NCBI GenBank assembly: GCA_025464095.1
Contig: JAODMF010000003.1
Span: 79-64,078 of the forward strand
DNA length: 64,000 bases
Direction of reading: 5' to 3'
DNA from: Glaciihabitans sp.
Lineage (GTDB): Bacteria > Actinomycetota > Actinomycetes > Actinomycetales > Microbacteriaceae
Below the pieces are notes generated by a model. The model was not told where the DNA came from. It was given only the letters and a program-made list of their open reading frames with translations, and did no database searches. Positions 22,456 to 34,587 of the stretch are shown here, piece after piece. Both the position numbers and the translations under genes were made by a program. Positions within the stretch are counted from its first letter, which is position 1. Every line of letters starts with the position of its first letter.

Positions 22456-22830
22456 GTGGCGGGGGTTGTGTGCTGGTGGCGGGGGTTGTGCGCGAATTGC
22501 GGCCAGCGCGGCGGGAGTTGTGGCACGAATTGCGGCCAGCGCGGCGGGAGTTGTGCACGCGTGGCGGGAGTTGTGGTGAGCGTGGCGGGGATTAAACCGT
22601 GATGGCGGGAGCGCAGGCTCCCGCCATCACAACTTATCTCCCGCCACCTCGGCTCGGGGAGGCGAAACCGCGGCGGCAGCTGTGCGCCCGTGGCCGGAGT
22701 TCTGGCGAGCGCGGCGGGAGTTGCGCGCCCATGGCGGGAGTTGTGGCGAGCGCGGCGGGAGTTAATCCGTGATGGCGGGAGCGCAGGCTCCCGCCATCAC
22801 AACTTTTCTCCCGCCACCTCGGCGCGGGGA
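22456..22830. repeat. intergenic repeat array A: iterated GGCGGGAG(TTGTG) motif plus two copies of a long hairpin element
   Basis: About 11 direct and 4 inverted copies of GGCGGG(A/G)G in about 375 bp. There is a 33-bp tandem duplication (22494-22522 and 22527-22555). Two hairpin elements (22582-22647 and 22752-22817, 170 bp apart) each have a perfect 14-bp stem gtgatggcgggagc-gcag-gctcccgccatcac. The array lies between convergent genes. Confidence 0.85.
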
Positions 22831-22867
22831 GGTAAGGCGACGCCAGGCGCGCGAAAACTGACCGGGG

Positions 22868-23980
22868 TCAGGCCAGATCGTCGTCCGGCCGGGCGCCGAA
22901 GACGATCTCGTCCCAGCTCGGCATCGCCGTGCGGCCCTTACGCGACTTGGAGCCGCCCGTATGCTGCGCGCCACCCGTGTGCTGCGCCCCACCCAACTGC
23001 TGCCCGCCACCCGCCAGCGGCGGCGAGCTCAGGCGGTCCGATTTCGGCAGGTCCAGCTGCACGTCGACGATGCGGATGCTGCCGGTTGACGGATGCAGCG
23101 GTGACGGTGATCCGGGAGCGAGGGACTCGTCGTCGAAGCTGGCCGCCTCGCGCTCGCCCCTGCGACGGCGCAGCGCCTCCAGCAGGTCGGCGGTCTGGTT
23201 CGCCTCTCCGTGCTCCGGTGCGGCCGTTCGCGCAATCGGCTCGATGCGCCGCGTTTGGTCGTTGTCGGGTCGAGGCCCGCCATCGAACATGCCGGAGTCG
23301 ATGCTCTGCGCATCCAGACTGTCCGCGTCACTCAAATCGAAGGCACCGCTGTCGAAACGACTGGAATCGGTGTTGCGTTCCTCCGAGTTGACGGCGCGAA
23401 GACGCGGTACGAGCCCTCCGGAGAGATCGCCCTGCTGGGAGAGCGCAATTGCCTCGCCATTGACGGGTGCGAGTGTCAGCTTCTTGGGATCGAAGTTCCA
23501 GCGAGCATCATGCTCGATCTGGTTGGCAGTGAACGAGAGCTTGACGACCCAACCGGCGCCGGTCTCTTTCCAGCTGGCCCAGCGCTCGTTCAGCGCCGAG
23601 AGGTCATAGAGCCGATCGCGGATCGCCGAACCGAACGTGGTGCCCCGGCCAAGCGGGTCGGTGTCCATCGCGGTGTGCACCGCTACCTTCAGCGCCGTCT
23701 CGACGACGAACTCGCGTTCTGCGAGTACGGGTCCTTCGAATTTCTGGATGTAGTCCAGCGGCACACCGGTGATGGCCGAGACATCCTGTGCCGACATTCC
23801 GGATCGGATGTGCGCCTGGATGTCCTTGGGTGACAGCTTGCGCCCGACACCCGGCTCGGGCACGGTCTGGCGCAGTTTCGACTGGAGCACTTCGTCAATG
23901 GGGATGCGGAATCGTTCGCCCTCGTCTGAAGCGACGAGGAGCGCCCCGTTCTCTACTCCGATAACGCGTAGGTCCTGCAT
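22868..23980 (-). CDS. sepH: septation protein SepH (DUF3071 family)
   Basis: N-terminus MQDLRVIGVENGALLVASDEGERFRIPIDEVL, an HTH-like LSPKDIQAHIRSGMSAQDVSAITGVP, a disordered middle and the conserved C-terminal PSWDEIVFG. Confidence 0.85.
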   Translation of the reverse strand: MQDLRVIGVENGALLVASDEGERFRIPIDEVLQSKLRQTVPEPGVGRKLSPKDIQAHIRSGMSAQDVSAITGVPLDYIQKFEGPVLAEREFVVETALKVAVHTAMDTDPLGRGTTFGSAIRDRLYDLSALNERWASWKETGAGWVVKLSFTANQIEHDARWNFDPKKLTLAPVNGEAIALSQQGDLSGGLVPRLRAVNSEERNTDSSRFDSGAFDLSDADSLDAQSIDSGMFDGGPRPDNDQTRRIEPIARTAAPEHGEANQTADLLEALRRRRGEREAASFDDESLAPGSPSPLHPSTGSIRIVDVQLDLPKSDRLSSPPLAGGGQQLGGAQHTGGAQHTGGSKSRKGRTAMPSWDEIVFGARPDDDLA

Positions 23981-24203
23981 AGGAAAAGCCTCCGGCTGTT
24001 GCGATTCGCGTCAAGAATCTCACGGTCAGGGCCGTATTCATGGGAATACTGCGGGCGCGCCGGAAGTTACATCGGCGGCACAATTACGGGGTGCATGCAA
24101 GGCCCGCGGGAACGAATTGCTATTCGGATTCCTTTCATGCAAACTGTGGCCGCCGATTTCATTACAGAACTCAAAATACGTAACTCACAAGAAGTGGATG
24201 GGC

Positions 24204-24497
24204 ATGGCAACCGATTACGACGCACCCCGCAAGACCGACGACGACTCCGAGTCGATCGAGGCTCTGAAGGAGCGCGTACCTGACAAAATGTCGGGCGTCG
24301 TGGACGTCGATGACGCAGACAATCCGGGCAGTTTTGAACTCGCCGGACAGGACCTTTCCGACCTCGACCTCGACGTCGTTGTGCTCCCTCCTCAGGCCGA
24401 CGAGTTCACCTGTGTGAGCTGCTTCCTCGTGAAGCACCGCTCACAGCTCGACCACGAAGAGAAGCTCGGCCCGATCTGCCAGGAGTGCGCGGCCTAA
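24204..24497 (+). CDS. DUF4193 domain protein
   Basis: MATDYDAPRKTDDD... acidic N-terminus and C-terminal CxxC...CxxC (FTCVSCFLV...GPICQECA). Alternative ATG at 24198. Confidence 0.85.
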   Translation: MATDYDAPRKTDDDSESIEALKERVPDKMSGVVDVDDADNPGSFELAGQDLSDLDLDVVVLPPQADEFTCVSCFLVKHRSQLDHEEKLGPICQECAA

Positions 24498-24946
24498 CTC
24501 GCGCGATGGGCGCGAGCCTGTGAAACAGCCGCGATGATGGCCTGCGGATTTCGCGTCGACACGACCCAGTAGGGCGCCGGGTCGCTCTCGTCGTTGACGA
24601 TCACCTTCACGATCGGGTCGACCCAGCCGCGGATCACGAGCCAGGCCCGCGCATCCAGCCGCGGTCCCCGCTCCTGTGTCGCTTCCCTTCCCCGGTAGCC
24701 GGTGATCTCCCCGATGTTCGTCAGGGGCAGGCGCGCACGGCCGGCGAGCAGTGCGGCATCCGTGACGAGGATTGTCGGCGACGTCGCAACGAGCACGACC
24801 ACAATCGTTGTGTACAGCACCGCGGCGGCGATGACACCGATCGTGAGGTTGATCGGCAGGAAGACCAGGAGCGCCGCGGGGATGCTCAGCGCACTCATCA
24901 CGAAGATCCACGGGCCGGGTAAGAGTCGCTCACGGTAAAAGGTCAT
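24494..24946 (-). CDS. DUF3093 domain membrane protein
   Basis: MTFYRERLLPGPWIFV followed by two TM helices; conserved neighbour of dut. Start taken at the internal ATG (24944-24946) of the 204-aa track ORF. Confidence 0.8.
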   Translation of the reverse strand: MTFYRERLLPGPWIFVMSALSIPAALLVFLPINLTIGVIAAAVLYTTIVVVLVATSPTILVTDAALLAGRARLPLTNIGEITGYRGREATQERGPRLDARAWLVIRGWVDPIVKVIVNDESDPAPYWVVSTRNPQAIIAAVSQARAHRAS

Positions 24947-24984
24947 GTCCCTATTCGACCAGACTTCTGCACTACCCTCGTCAC

Positions 24985-25443
24985 GTGGCAGATACCGTCG
25001 AGGTCCTGATTTCTGCGGCCGCAGTGCCCGAGTACGCGCATCCCGGTGATGCGGGAGCGGACCTGGTGGCCGCTGAGGCCGTCCAGCTCGCCCCCGGCCA
25101 GCGCGCAACGGTCGGCACCGGTGTGTCGATCGCGTTGCCCGACGGGTATGCGGCGTTCGTCGTTCCCCGCAGCGGGCTCGCCATGAAGCACGGAATCACC
25201 ATCGTCAATAGCCCGGGAACAGTGGATGCCGGCTACCGCGGTGAAATCCGGGTGACACTTCTTAACACCGACAGTTCGACCTCGTACGACGTTGCGGTCG
25301 GCGACCGAATCGCGCAGTTGATCGTGCTGCCGGTCACTCGGGCGCGATTCGTACAGGTCGATACGCTGCCTGGCAGCCACCGCGGGGAATCCGGTTTCGG
25401 ATCCACCGGCTATTCCACACCGAGCATGGGAGCCCACCCTTGA
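24985..25443 (+). CDS. dut: dUTP diphosphatase
   Basis: GDAGADL, PRSGLAMKHG, GTVDAGYRGEI and RGESGFGSTG motifs. GTG start. Confidence 0.95.
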   Translation: MADTVEVLISAAAVPEYAHPGDAGADLVAAEAVQLAPGQRATVGTGVSIALPDGYAAFVVPRSGLAMKHGITIVNSPGTVDAGYRGEIRVTLLNTDSSTSYDVAVGDRIAQLIVLPVTRARFVQVDTLPGSHRGESGFGSTGYSTPSMGAHP

Positions 25444-26042
25444 GCGATATCTCCACCGACCACGTCGAACCCCCGGAGCAGCCGAAGTCGGCGCCGGCCG
25501 ACCGAGCCACGAATGGTCCTCTTGACGAAGCGGAGGCCAATGCGGTTCGCCCGTACGTCGACCTCGGGGGAGTCAAGATCGTGCCCCGTCCCGACCTCAA
25601 CCTGAGGCTCGAGGTCGAGGAGGGCAGCGGCCGTGTCGTCGCGGTCGGCCTGGACTACGCGGGCTCGACCCTGCAGGTGCAGCCCTTTGCGGCGCCGAGG
25701 GGCAGCGGGCTCTGGCATGAGATCCGGGACCAGATCGTCGACCAGATCGGCAAGCAGGGCGGTCGCACGTCGATCACGTCGGGTCCCTTCGGCCCCGAGG
25801 TGCTCGCCGAGATTCCCGGAGCCGCGGGTCAGCCTGGCCGGCTCGCGCGATTCGTCGGTGTCGATGGCCCGCGATGGTTCCTGCGCGGGGTGATCTCCGG
25901 CGAGGGTGCACTAAACAATGCGGAGGCGGCCGCGCAGATCGAAGAGGTGTTCCGCAGCGTCGTCGTTGTGCGGGGCAATACGCCGATGCCGCCCCGGGAC
26001 CTGATCCCGCTGCAATTGCCGGCGACGGCAACGGACGTCTGA
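25440..26042 (+). CDS. DUF3710 domain protein
   Basis: 200 aa with GPLDEAEAN...YVDLGGVKIVPRPDLNLRLEVEE. TTGA overlap with dut; conserved neighbour. Confidence 0.8.
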   Translation: MSDISTDHVEPPEQPKSAPADRATNGPLDEAEANAVRPYVDLGGVKIVPRPDLNLRLEVEEGSGRVVAVGLDYAGSTLQVQPFAAPRGSGLWHEIRDQIVDQIGKQGGRTSITSGPFGPEVLAEIPGAAGQPGRLARFVGVDGPRWFLRGVISGEGALNNAEAAAQIEEVFRSVVVVRGNTPMPPRDLIPLQLPATATDV

Positions 26043-26044
26043 GC

Positions 26045-26764
26045 GTGACCGACGAGAACAGCCCGCAGGAGCCGCAGCCCAGTTTTCGGGAGAGCTTTGC
26101 CGAAGCGATGCGCCAGACCGGTATCGGCCAGGTCGCGCCCGGTGAGGTTCCCACCGCTGCGTCGCTGCTGAAGGCCATCGGCGGGGTTCGTGGGCTGGTC
26201 GAGTCGATCCTTCCCGGCCTGGGTTTTCTGATCGTCTACACGATCAGCAAGAACCTCGTGCTCAGCATTGCCGTGCCGCTGGCGCTCGCCATCGTTTTCG
26301 TTATCGTGCGGCTGGTCACGAAGAGTGTCGCGACCCAGGCGTTGGCGGGTATCGCGTTGCTTGCCGTCTCCGCGGTGCTGGCGCTGGTCACGGGGCGTGC
26401 GGAGAACAACTTTCTGCCCGGCCTTGTCATCAACTCGGCGTGCGTTCTCGTGTTGCTTGTGAGCATCCTCGTGCGCTGGCCGCTGATCGGCATCATTGTC
26501 GGTTTTCTTACCAACGAGCCGACCGAGTGGCGGCACGACAAGGCGAAGCGTCGCATCCTGTACCTCGTCACCTGGCTCTGGGTGGGACTGTTCGCGGCGA
26601 GGCTGGTTATCGAGGTCCCGCTCTATCTCGCGCATGAAACGGCGCTTCTCGCGGGCGCGCGACTCATCACCGGCGTTCCCCTCTATGCGATCGTGCTCTG
26701 GGTGACCTGGTTGTTGGTGCGGGCCGCGTACGGGCGCGCGAATGCGACAACCGCAACCGAATAG
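26045..26764 (+). CDS. DUF3159 domain membrane protein
   Basis: GTG start 3 nt after the preceding stop. GGVRGLVESILPGLGFLIVY followed by multiple TM helices; conserved neighbour of DUF3710. Confidence 0.75.
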   Translation: MTDENSPQEPQPSFRESFAEAMRQTGIGQVAPGEVPTAASLLKAIGGVRGLVESILPGLGFLIVYTISKNLVLSIAVPLALAIVFVIVRLVTKSVATQALAGIALLAVSAVLALVTGRAENNFLPGLVINSACVLVLLVSILVRWPLIGIIVGFLTNEPTEWRHDKAKRRILYLVTWLWVGLFAARLVIEVPLYLAHETALLAGARLITGVPLYAIVLWVTWLLVRAAYGRANATTATE

Positions 26765-26776
26765 GCCCGGTACGAT

Positions 26777-26796
26777 GTATCTTGATATCAAGATAC
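26777..26796. promoter_or_regulatory. perfect 20-bp palindrome upstream of acn (candidate operator)
   Basis: GTATCTTGATATCAAGATAC is AT-rich in a GC-rich genome and lies 134 nt upstream of the acn ATG. It does not match the AcnR, IdeR or Fur consensus sequences as I remember them. Confidence 0.4.
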
Positions 26797-26929
26797 TTTG
26801 CGCCATTCGCGTCGGGAAGATCGACCGGTCCGGGCTAAGTCCCGAGGCTTAGGCTTGCCTTGCTGGCAGGTCATGCAGCAGGCAGCGAGTATTGGGCAAG
26901 CAGTATCGCGGGTTACTTAGGAGACGGCA

Positions 26930-29746
<2,817 letters not shown>

Positions 29747-29797
29747 TTCGGGGCCGTGGTTCACAGGCACCGCGGAGTTCGCGGCTAGAGTCGAAGC

Positions 29798-31747
29798 ATG
29801 GGATTGCTCGAGAACATCCACGGTCCTCGTGACCTGGACAAGCTCAGTGAACCCGAGCTTGTTCAACTCGCGGAAGAGGTTCGCACGTTCCTGGTGACCG
29901 AGGTCTCCAAGACCGGCGGGCACCTCGGCCCGAACCTCGGGGTCGTCGAACTGACGATCGCAATCCACTCGGTGTTCGATTCACCGAGCGACGCGATCGT
30001 GTTCGACACGGGCCACCAGTCCTACGTTCACAAGTTGCTCACGGGCCGCCAGGATTTCAGCCACCTGCGCCAGAAGGGTGGCCTCGCGGGCTACCCGCAG
30101 CGCAGTGAGTCGCCGCACGACATCGTCGAGAGTTCGCACGCGTCGTCGTCGCTGTCGTGGGCAGACGGTATTTCGCGCGCCTTCACCATGACCGGTCAGA
30201 CCGACCGTCACGTGGTCGCGGTCGTTGGCGACGGCGCGCTCACCGGCGGCATGACGTGGGAAGCGCTGAACAACATCAGCGATGACAACGCGCGGCGCCT
30301 GGTCATCGTCGTCAACGACAACGGGCGCTCCTACGCTCCCACCATCGGCGGGATGGCGCGGTTTCTCAACACGGTACGCACGCGCCGCTCCTATCGCCGC
30401 CTGCACAGTTCCAGCCGGCGGCTGTTCGACGCGTTCGGCGCTCCCGGGCGCGCGGTCTATCGCGGTGTGCGTGGAGCCGTCCACGGGTTCCTCGCGCGGT
30501 TCTCGAACAACGAGGCGCTGTACTCGAACCTCGACATCAAGTACCTGGGGCCGATTCACGGCCACGACATCCACGCCCTGCGTGAGGCGCTCGAGCAGGC
30601 CAGGAACTATGGCGCGCCGGTAATCGTTCACACGATCACGGAGAAGGGCCGCGGTTACGAGCCGGCCCTTCATGACGCCGCCGACCAGTTCCACGCGGTT
30701 GGGCAGATCGACCCGGAGACCGGTGAGCCGATCGAGGTCGCGAGCCGGCCATCCTGGACCGCCGTTTTCGCGGACGAGATGGTGGATATCGCCGATTCCA
30801 ATCCGCGGATAGTGGGCATCACGGCCGCGATGCTGCGCCCGACCGGGCTGCACAAGTTTGCCGAGAAGTATCCGAGCCGCGTGTTCGATGTGGGGATCGC
30901 CGAGCAGCACGCCGTCACCTCGGCCGCGGGCTTGGCGTTCGGCGGGCTGCATCCTGTAGTCGCCATGTACGCAACGTTTATCAACCGCGCGTTCGACCAG
31001 GTGCTGATGGATGTCGCCCTGCACAAGGCTGGCGTCACGTTCGTGCTCGACCGCGCGGGTGTGACCGGGCCCGACGGACCGAGCCATCACGGCATGTGGG
31101 ACCTGTCGATCCTGCAGGTCGTGCCGGGCATCCGGCTCGCCGCTCCCCGAGATGCGACACGGTTGCGCGAGGAGCTCCGCGAGGCCGTGCTGATCGACGA
31201 CGGGCCGACCGTGCTGCGCTTCTCCAAGGGCAGCGTCGGCAACGAATACGAGGCGACGAGGCGCACCGCGGACGGCGTCGATGTGCTGCGGGAGGCCGCC
31301 CACAAGGATGTGCTGCTCGTCACGGTCGGACCGATGGCGGCGCTCGGCATCCAGGTCGCCGATCGCCTTGCCGCGCAGGGCATCGGCGCGACCGTCATCG
31401 ACCCGCGCTGGGTGGTTCCGGTTCCCGCGAGTGTCATTGACATGTCGCGCGACCACCGCATCGTTGTCACCATCGAAGACGGAACCCGTGTCGGCGGTAT
31501 CGGAACCCGAATCCGCCAGGACCTCCGCCACGCGGGAGTCGACACCGCGGTCACCGAGCTCGGCCTGCCGGATGAGTTCCTGCCACACGGAACTCGCGAG
31601 GAGATCCTCGAGGACGCCGACCTCACGCCGCAAAAGATCGCTCGCGACCTCGTCGGCCAGGTGCTCGGCAGCCGCATCCCTGTCGCCCGCCCGTTGCCGA
31701 GCGAAGAGTCGGCTGATCGCATCAATGCGAACATCGACGAACAGTAG
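29798..31747 (+). CDS. dxs: 1-deoxy-D-xylulose-5-phosphate synthase
   Basis: GGHLGPNLGVVELT, DTGHQSYVHKLLTGR, GDGALTGGM and IAEQHAVT motifs. Confidence 0.97.
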   Translation: MGLLENIHGPRDLDKLSEPELVQLAEEVRTFLVTEVSKTGGHLGPNLGVVELTIAIHSVFDSPSDAIVFDTGHQSYVHKLLTGRQDFSHLRQKGGLAGYPQRSESPHDIVESSHASSSLSWADGISRAFTMTGQTDRHVVAVVGDGALTGGMTWEALNNISDDNARRLVIVVNDNGRSYAPTIGGMARFLNTVRTRRSYRRLHSSSRRLFDAFGAPGRAVYRGVRGAVHGFLARFSNNEALYSNLDIKYLGPIHGHDIHALREALEQARNYGAPVIVHTITEKGRGYEPALHDAADQFHAVGQIDPETGEPIEVASRPSWTAVFADEMVDIADSNPRIVGITAAMLRPTGLHKFAEKYPSRVFDVGIAEQHAVTSAAGLAFGGLHPVVAMYATFINRAFDQVLMDVALHKAGVTFVLDRAGVTGPDGPSHHGMWDLSILQVVPGIRLAAPRDATRLREELREAVLIDDGPTVLRFSKGSVGNEYEATRRTADGVDVLREAAHKDVLLVTVGPMAALGIQVADRLAAQGIGATVIDPRWVVPVPASVIDMSRDHRIVVTIEDGTRVGGIGTRIRQDLRHAGVDTAVTELGLPDEFLPHGTREEILEDADLTPQKIARDLVGQVLGSRIPVARPLPSEESADRINANIDEQ

Positions 31748-31776
31748 CGCAGCATCCTGCGGTCGTTAGCGACTCG

Positions 31777-32367
31777 CTAAACCGCGCCCCGAGCGCGTCG
31801 GCGATCTAGGAAGACCGAGGCACTCCAGATCGTCGCCCAGGACCCCGCCGAACTCAGGGCGGTGATGGCGACCAGGAACCACGCGATCGGGTTGTTGAAG
31901 GTGCCCCAGTTCAGCCCGCCGTTGCCCGCAAGAAACAAGGCAATGAAAATGGATGCCGTCAGCCCTCCGACGAAAAGGTGAGCCATGAAATGGACGGGCC
32001 ACGCCCGCACCCTCCGCAGCAGCGTGGCGACTCCGAGGTCGAGCGGAAGTCCGATCAGCACGGCGACGATCGCGGCAATGACGGCGGCAATGAGGAGCAA
32101 CAGGAACACAAACAGGGCTGAGGAGAAAACGCCACCCAGCACCGTGACGGGTGCTGCCGTTGGCCCGTCGATCGCGGGCCCCGCGTCGTATCGGCCATCG
32201 AAAACGACGGTGGTCAGAATGAATCCGAGGAATGGCAGGACAACGGCTGTAAGCAACGCGGTGAAGTAGACGACGGTAAGACCGACACCGGCGAGGAATT
32301 GCACGGGACCAAAGCCCATCGGCGCACGCTGCGGCGGGCGGTGCGGTGCTACCGATGCCGCGCTCAT
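31777..32367 (-). CDS. hypothetical integral membrane protein
   Basis: 196 aa, 5-6 hydrophobic helices, 4-nt overlap with the upstream TetR gene. No family recognised. Confidence 0.6.
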   Translation of the reverse strand: MSAASVAPHRPPQRAPMGFGPVQFLAGVGLTVVYFTALLTAVVLPFLGFILTTVVFDGRYDAGPAIDGPTAAPVTVLGGVFSSALFVFLLLLIAAVIAAIVAVLIGLPLDLGVATLLRRVRAWPVHFMAHLFVGGLTASIFIALFLAGNGGLNWGTFNNPIAWFLVAITALSSAGSWATIWSASVFLDRRRARGAV

Positions 32368-33017
32368 ATCCGCGCCTCCTGGGCGATCGCGAGAAACTCG
32401 TTCAGTGGTCCGCGCACAAACGGCAGCCGGGTCAGCGGCAACACCATCCCGAACAGCTTGACCGCGCGCTTCGTCAACCGTCGCGTCTTCTCCTGCTCGG
32501 GCGAGGTGTCGTACACCCAGTAAAGCGCGAGAGCCATGTACGCGAGCCAGAGCAGTTCCGGCAGCTGGCTCTTGAGGGCGGAGGGCATGGGGTTCGTCGA
32601 GCCCTCGACGACTTCATCGAAGAGTCCAACCGCCAGTTGCCGCGGCTCGGCCGAATCCGGCCCGAATGGACTCACAGCAGACGTCGGTGCAATCGCGGCA
32701 GAGAGAAAGCCAGGCGCGGAGTCGTGGTACGGGCGGAGGGCATCCAGCCCGGTCATGAGCACCGTCTCGAGCCGCGTCGGCAGGTCAGTGATGCCGACGA
32801 GAAGTGGCTCCGCCATCATCCGATGTTCCTGTTGAACCCGGACGTACAGTTCCTGCACGAGATGGTTCTTGGTGGGAAAGTAGTAGTACGCGTTGCCGAC
32901 GGAAAGCCCGGCCTCCGTCGCGATCAGCCGGAGCGTGGTCTGGTCGTAGCCACGCTCGCGAAACGATGCGAGTGCGGTCTCGGTGATCTTGAGGCGGGTG
33001 TCGTCGCTTTTGCTCAT
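32364..33017 (-). CDS. TetR/AcrR family transcriptional regulator
   Basis: HTH ITETALASFRERGYDQTTLRLIATEAGLSVGNAYYYFPTK. Start taken at MSKSDD (ATG 33015-33017); the longer track ORF starts inside an AT-rich operator-like region. Confidence 0.85.
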   Translation of the reverse strand: MSKSDDTRLKITETALASFRERGYDQTTLRLIATEAGLSVGNAYYYFPTKNHLVQELYVRVQQEHRMMAEPLLVGITDLPTRLETVLMTGLDALRPYHDSAPGFLSAAIAPTSAVSPFGPDSAEPRQLAVGLFDEVVEGSTNPMPSALKSQLPELLWLAYMALALYWVYDTSPEQEKTRRLTKRAVKLFGMVLPLTRLPFVRGPLNEFLAIAQEARI

Positions 33018-33029
33018 GTGCTTATTATT

Positions 33030-34126
<1,097 letters not shown>

Positions 34127-34149
34127 CCGTTCGCGGCAGGCGCCCGGGC

Positions 34150-34540
34150 CCCTCCCGTGCTGGCCCCTTTGCAAATTCAGGAGATCGCGGCGACGGGGCG
34201 GCGTGTTGGACATGACACGCCGACACTCGATCGCGATCTCCTGAATTTGCAATCCTGGACGCGCCGCGGCGGGCCACCCGGAGAGCCCCTCCCGTGCTGG
34301 CCCCCTTTGCAAATTCAGGAGATTGCGGCGACGGGCCGGCGTGTTGAGCATGACACGCCGACACTCGATTGCGATCTCCTGAATTTGCGATTCCGGATGC
34401 GCGCGACTGGCCACCCTCGGGGGCTCCTCCCGTGCGGGCCCTTTGGCAAACTCAGGAGATTGCGGCGACGGGCCGGCGTGTTGAACATGACACGCCGACA
34501 CTCGATCGCAATCTCCTGAATTTGCAATCCCGGGGCCGGC
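34150..34540. repeat. intergenic repeat array B: three tandem units of about 138 bp, each containing an 84-nt imperfect palindrome
   Basis: Hairpin elements lie at 34169-34252, 34307-34390 and 34444-34527. Each has outer arms TTGCAAATTCAGGAGATCGCG/CGCGATCTCCTGAATTTGCAA (about 21 bp), an internal loop and an inner 8-bp stem cggcgtgt/acacgccg. The spacers are also conserved (cctcccgtgctggcccc). The array lies between convergent genes. Confidence 0.88.
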
Positions 34541-34587
34541 CGCGACGCAACCCGAGGCCGACCGCGGCGCAACCCGAGGCTCCGCGG

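Noticed and set aside
22456-22830. CRISPR array interpretation of repeat arrays A and B
   Set aside because: There is no alternation of constant repeats with unique spacers of uniform length. The sequences between repeats are themselves repeated, and there are no cas genes in the window.
22420-23391. ORFs crossing repeat array A (22420..22602, 22690..23391, 22762..23010) that translate to Gly/Cys/Arg-rich repeats
   Set aside because: The reading frames are open in several frames simultaneously, there is no RBS or start context, and the repeat phase (20-33 bp units) is not a multiple of 3 throughout. This is interpreted as non-coding repeats.
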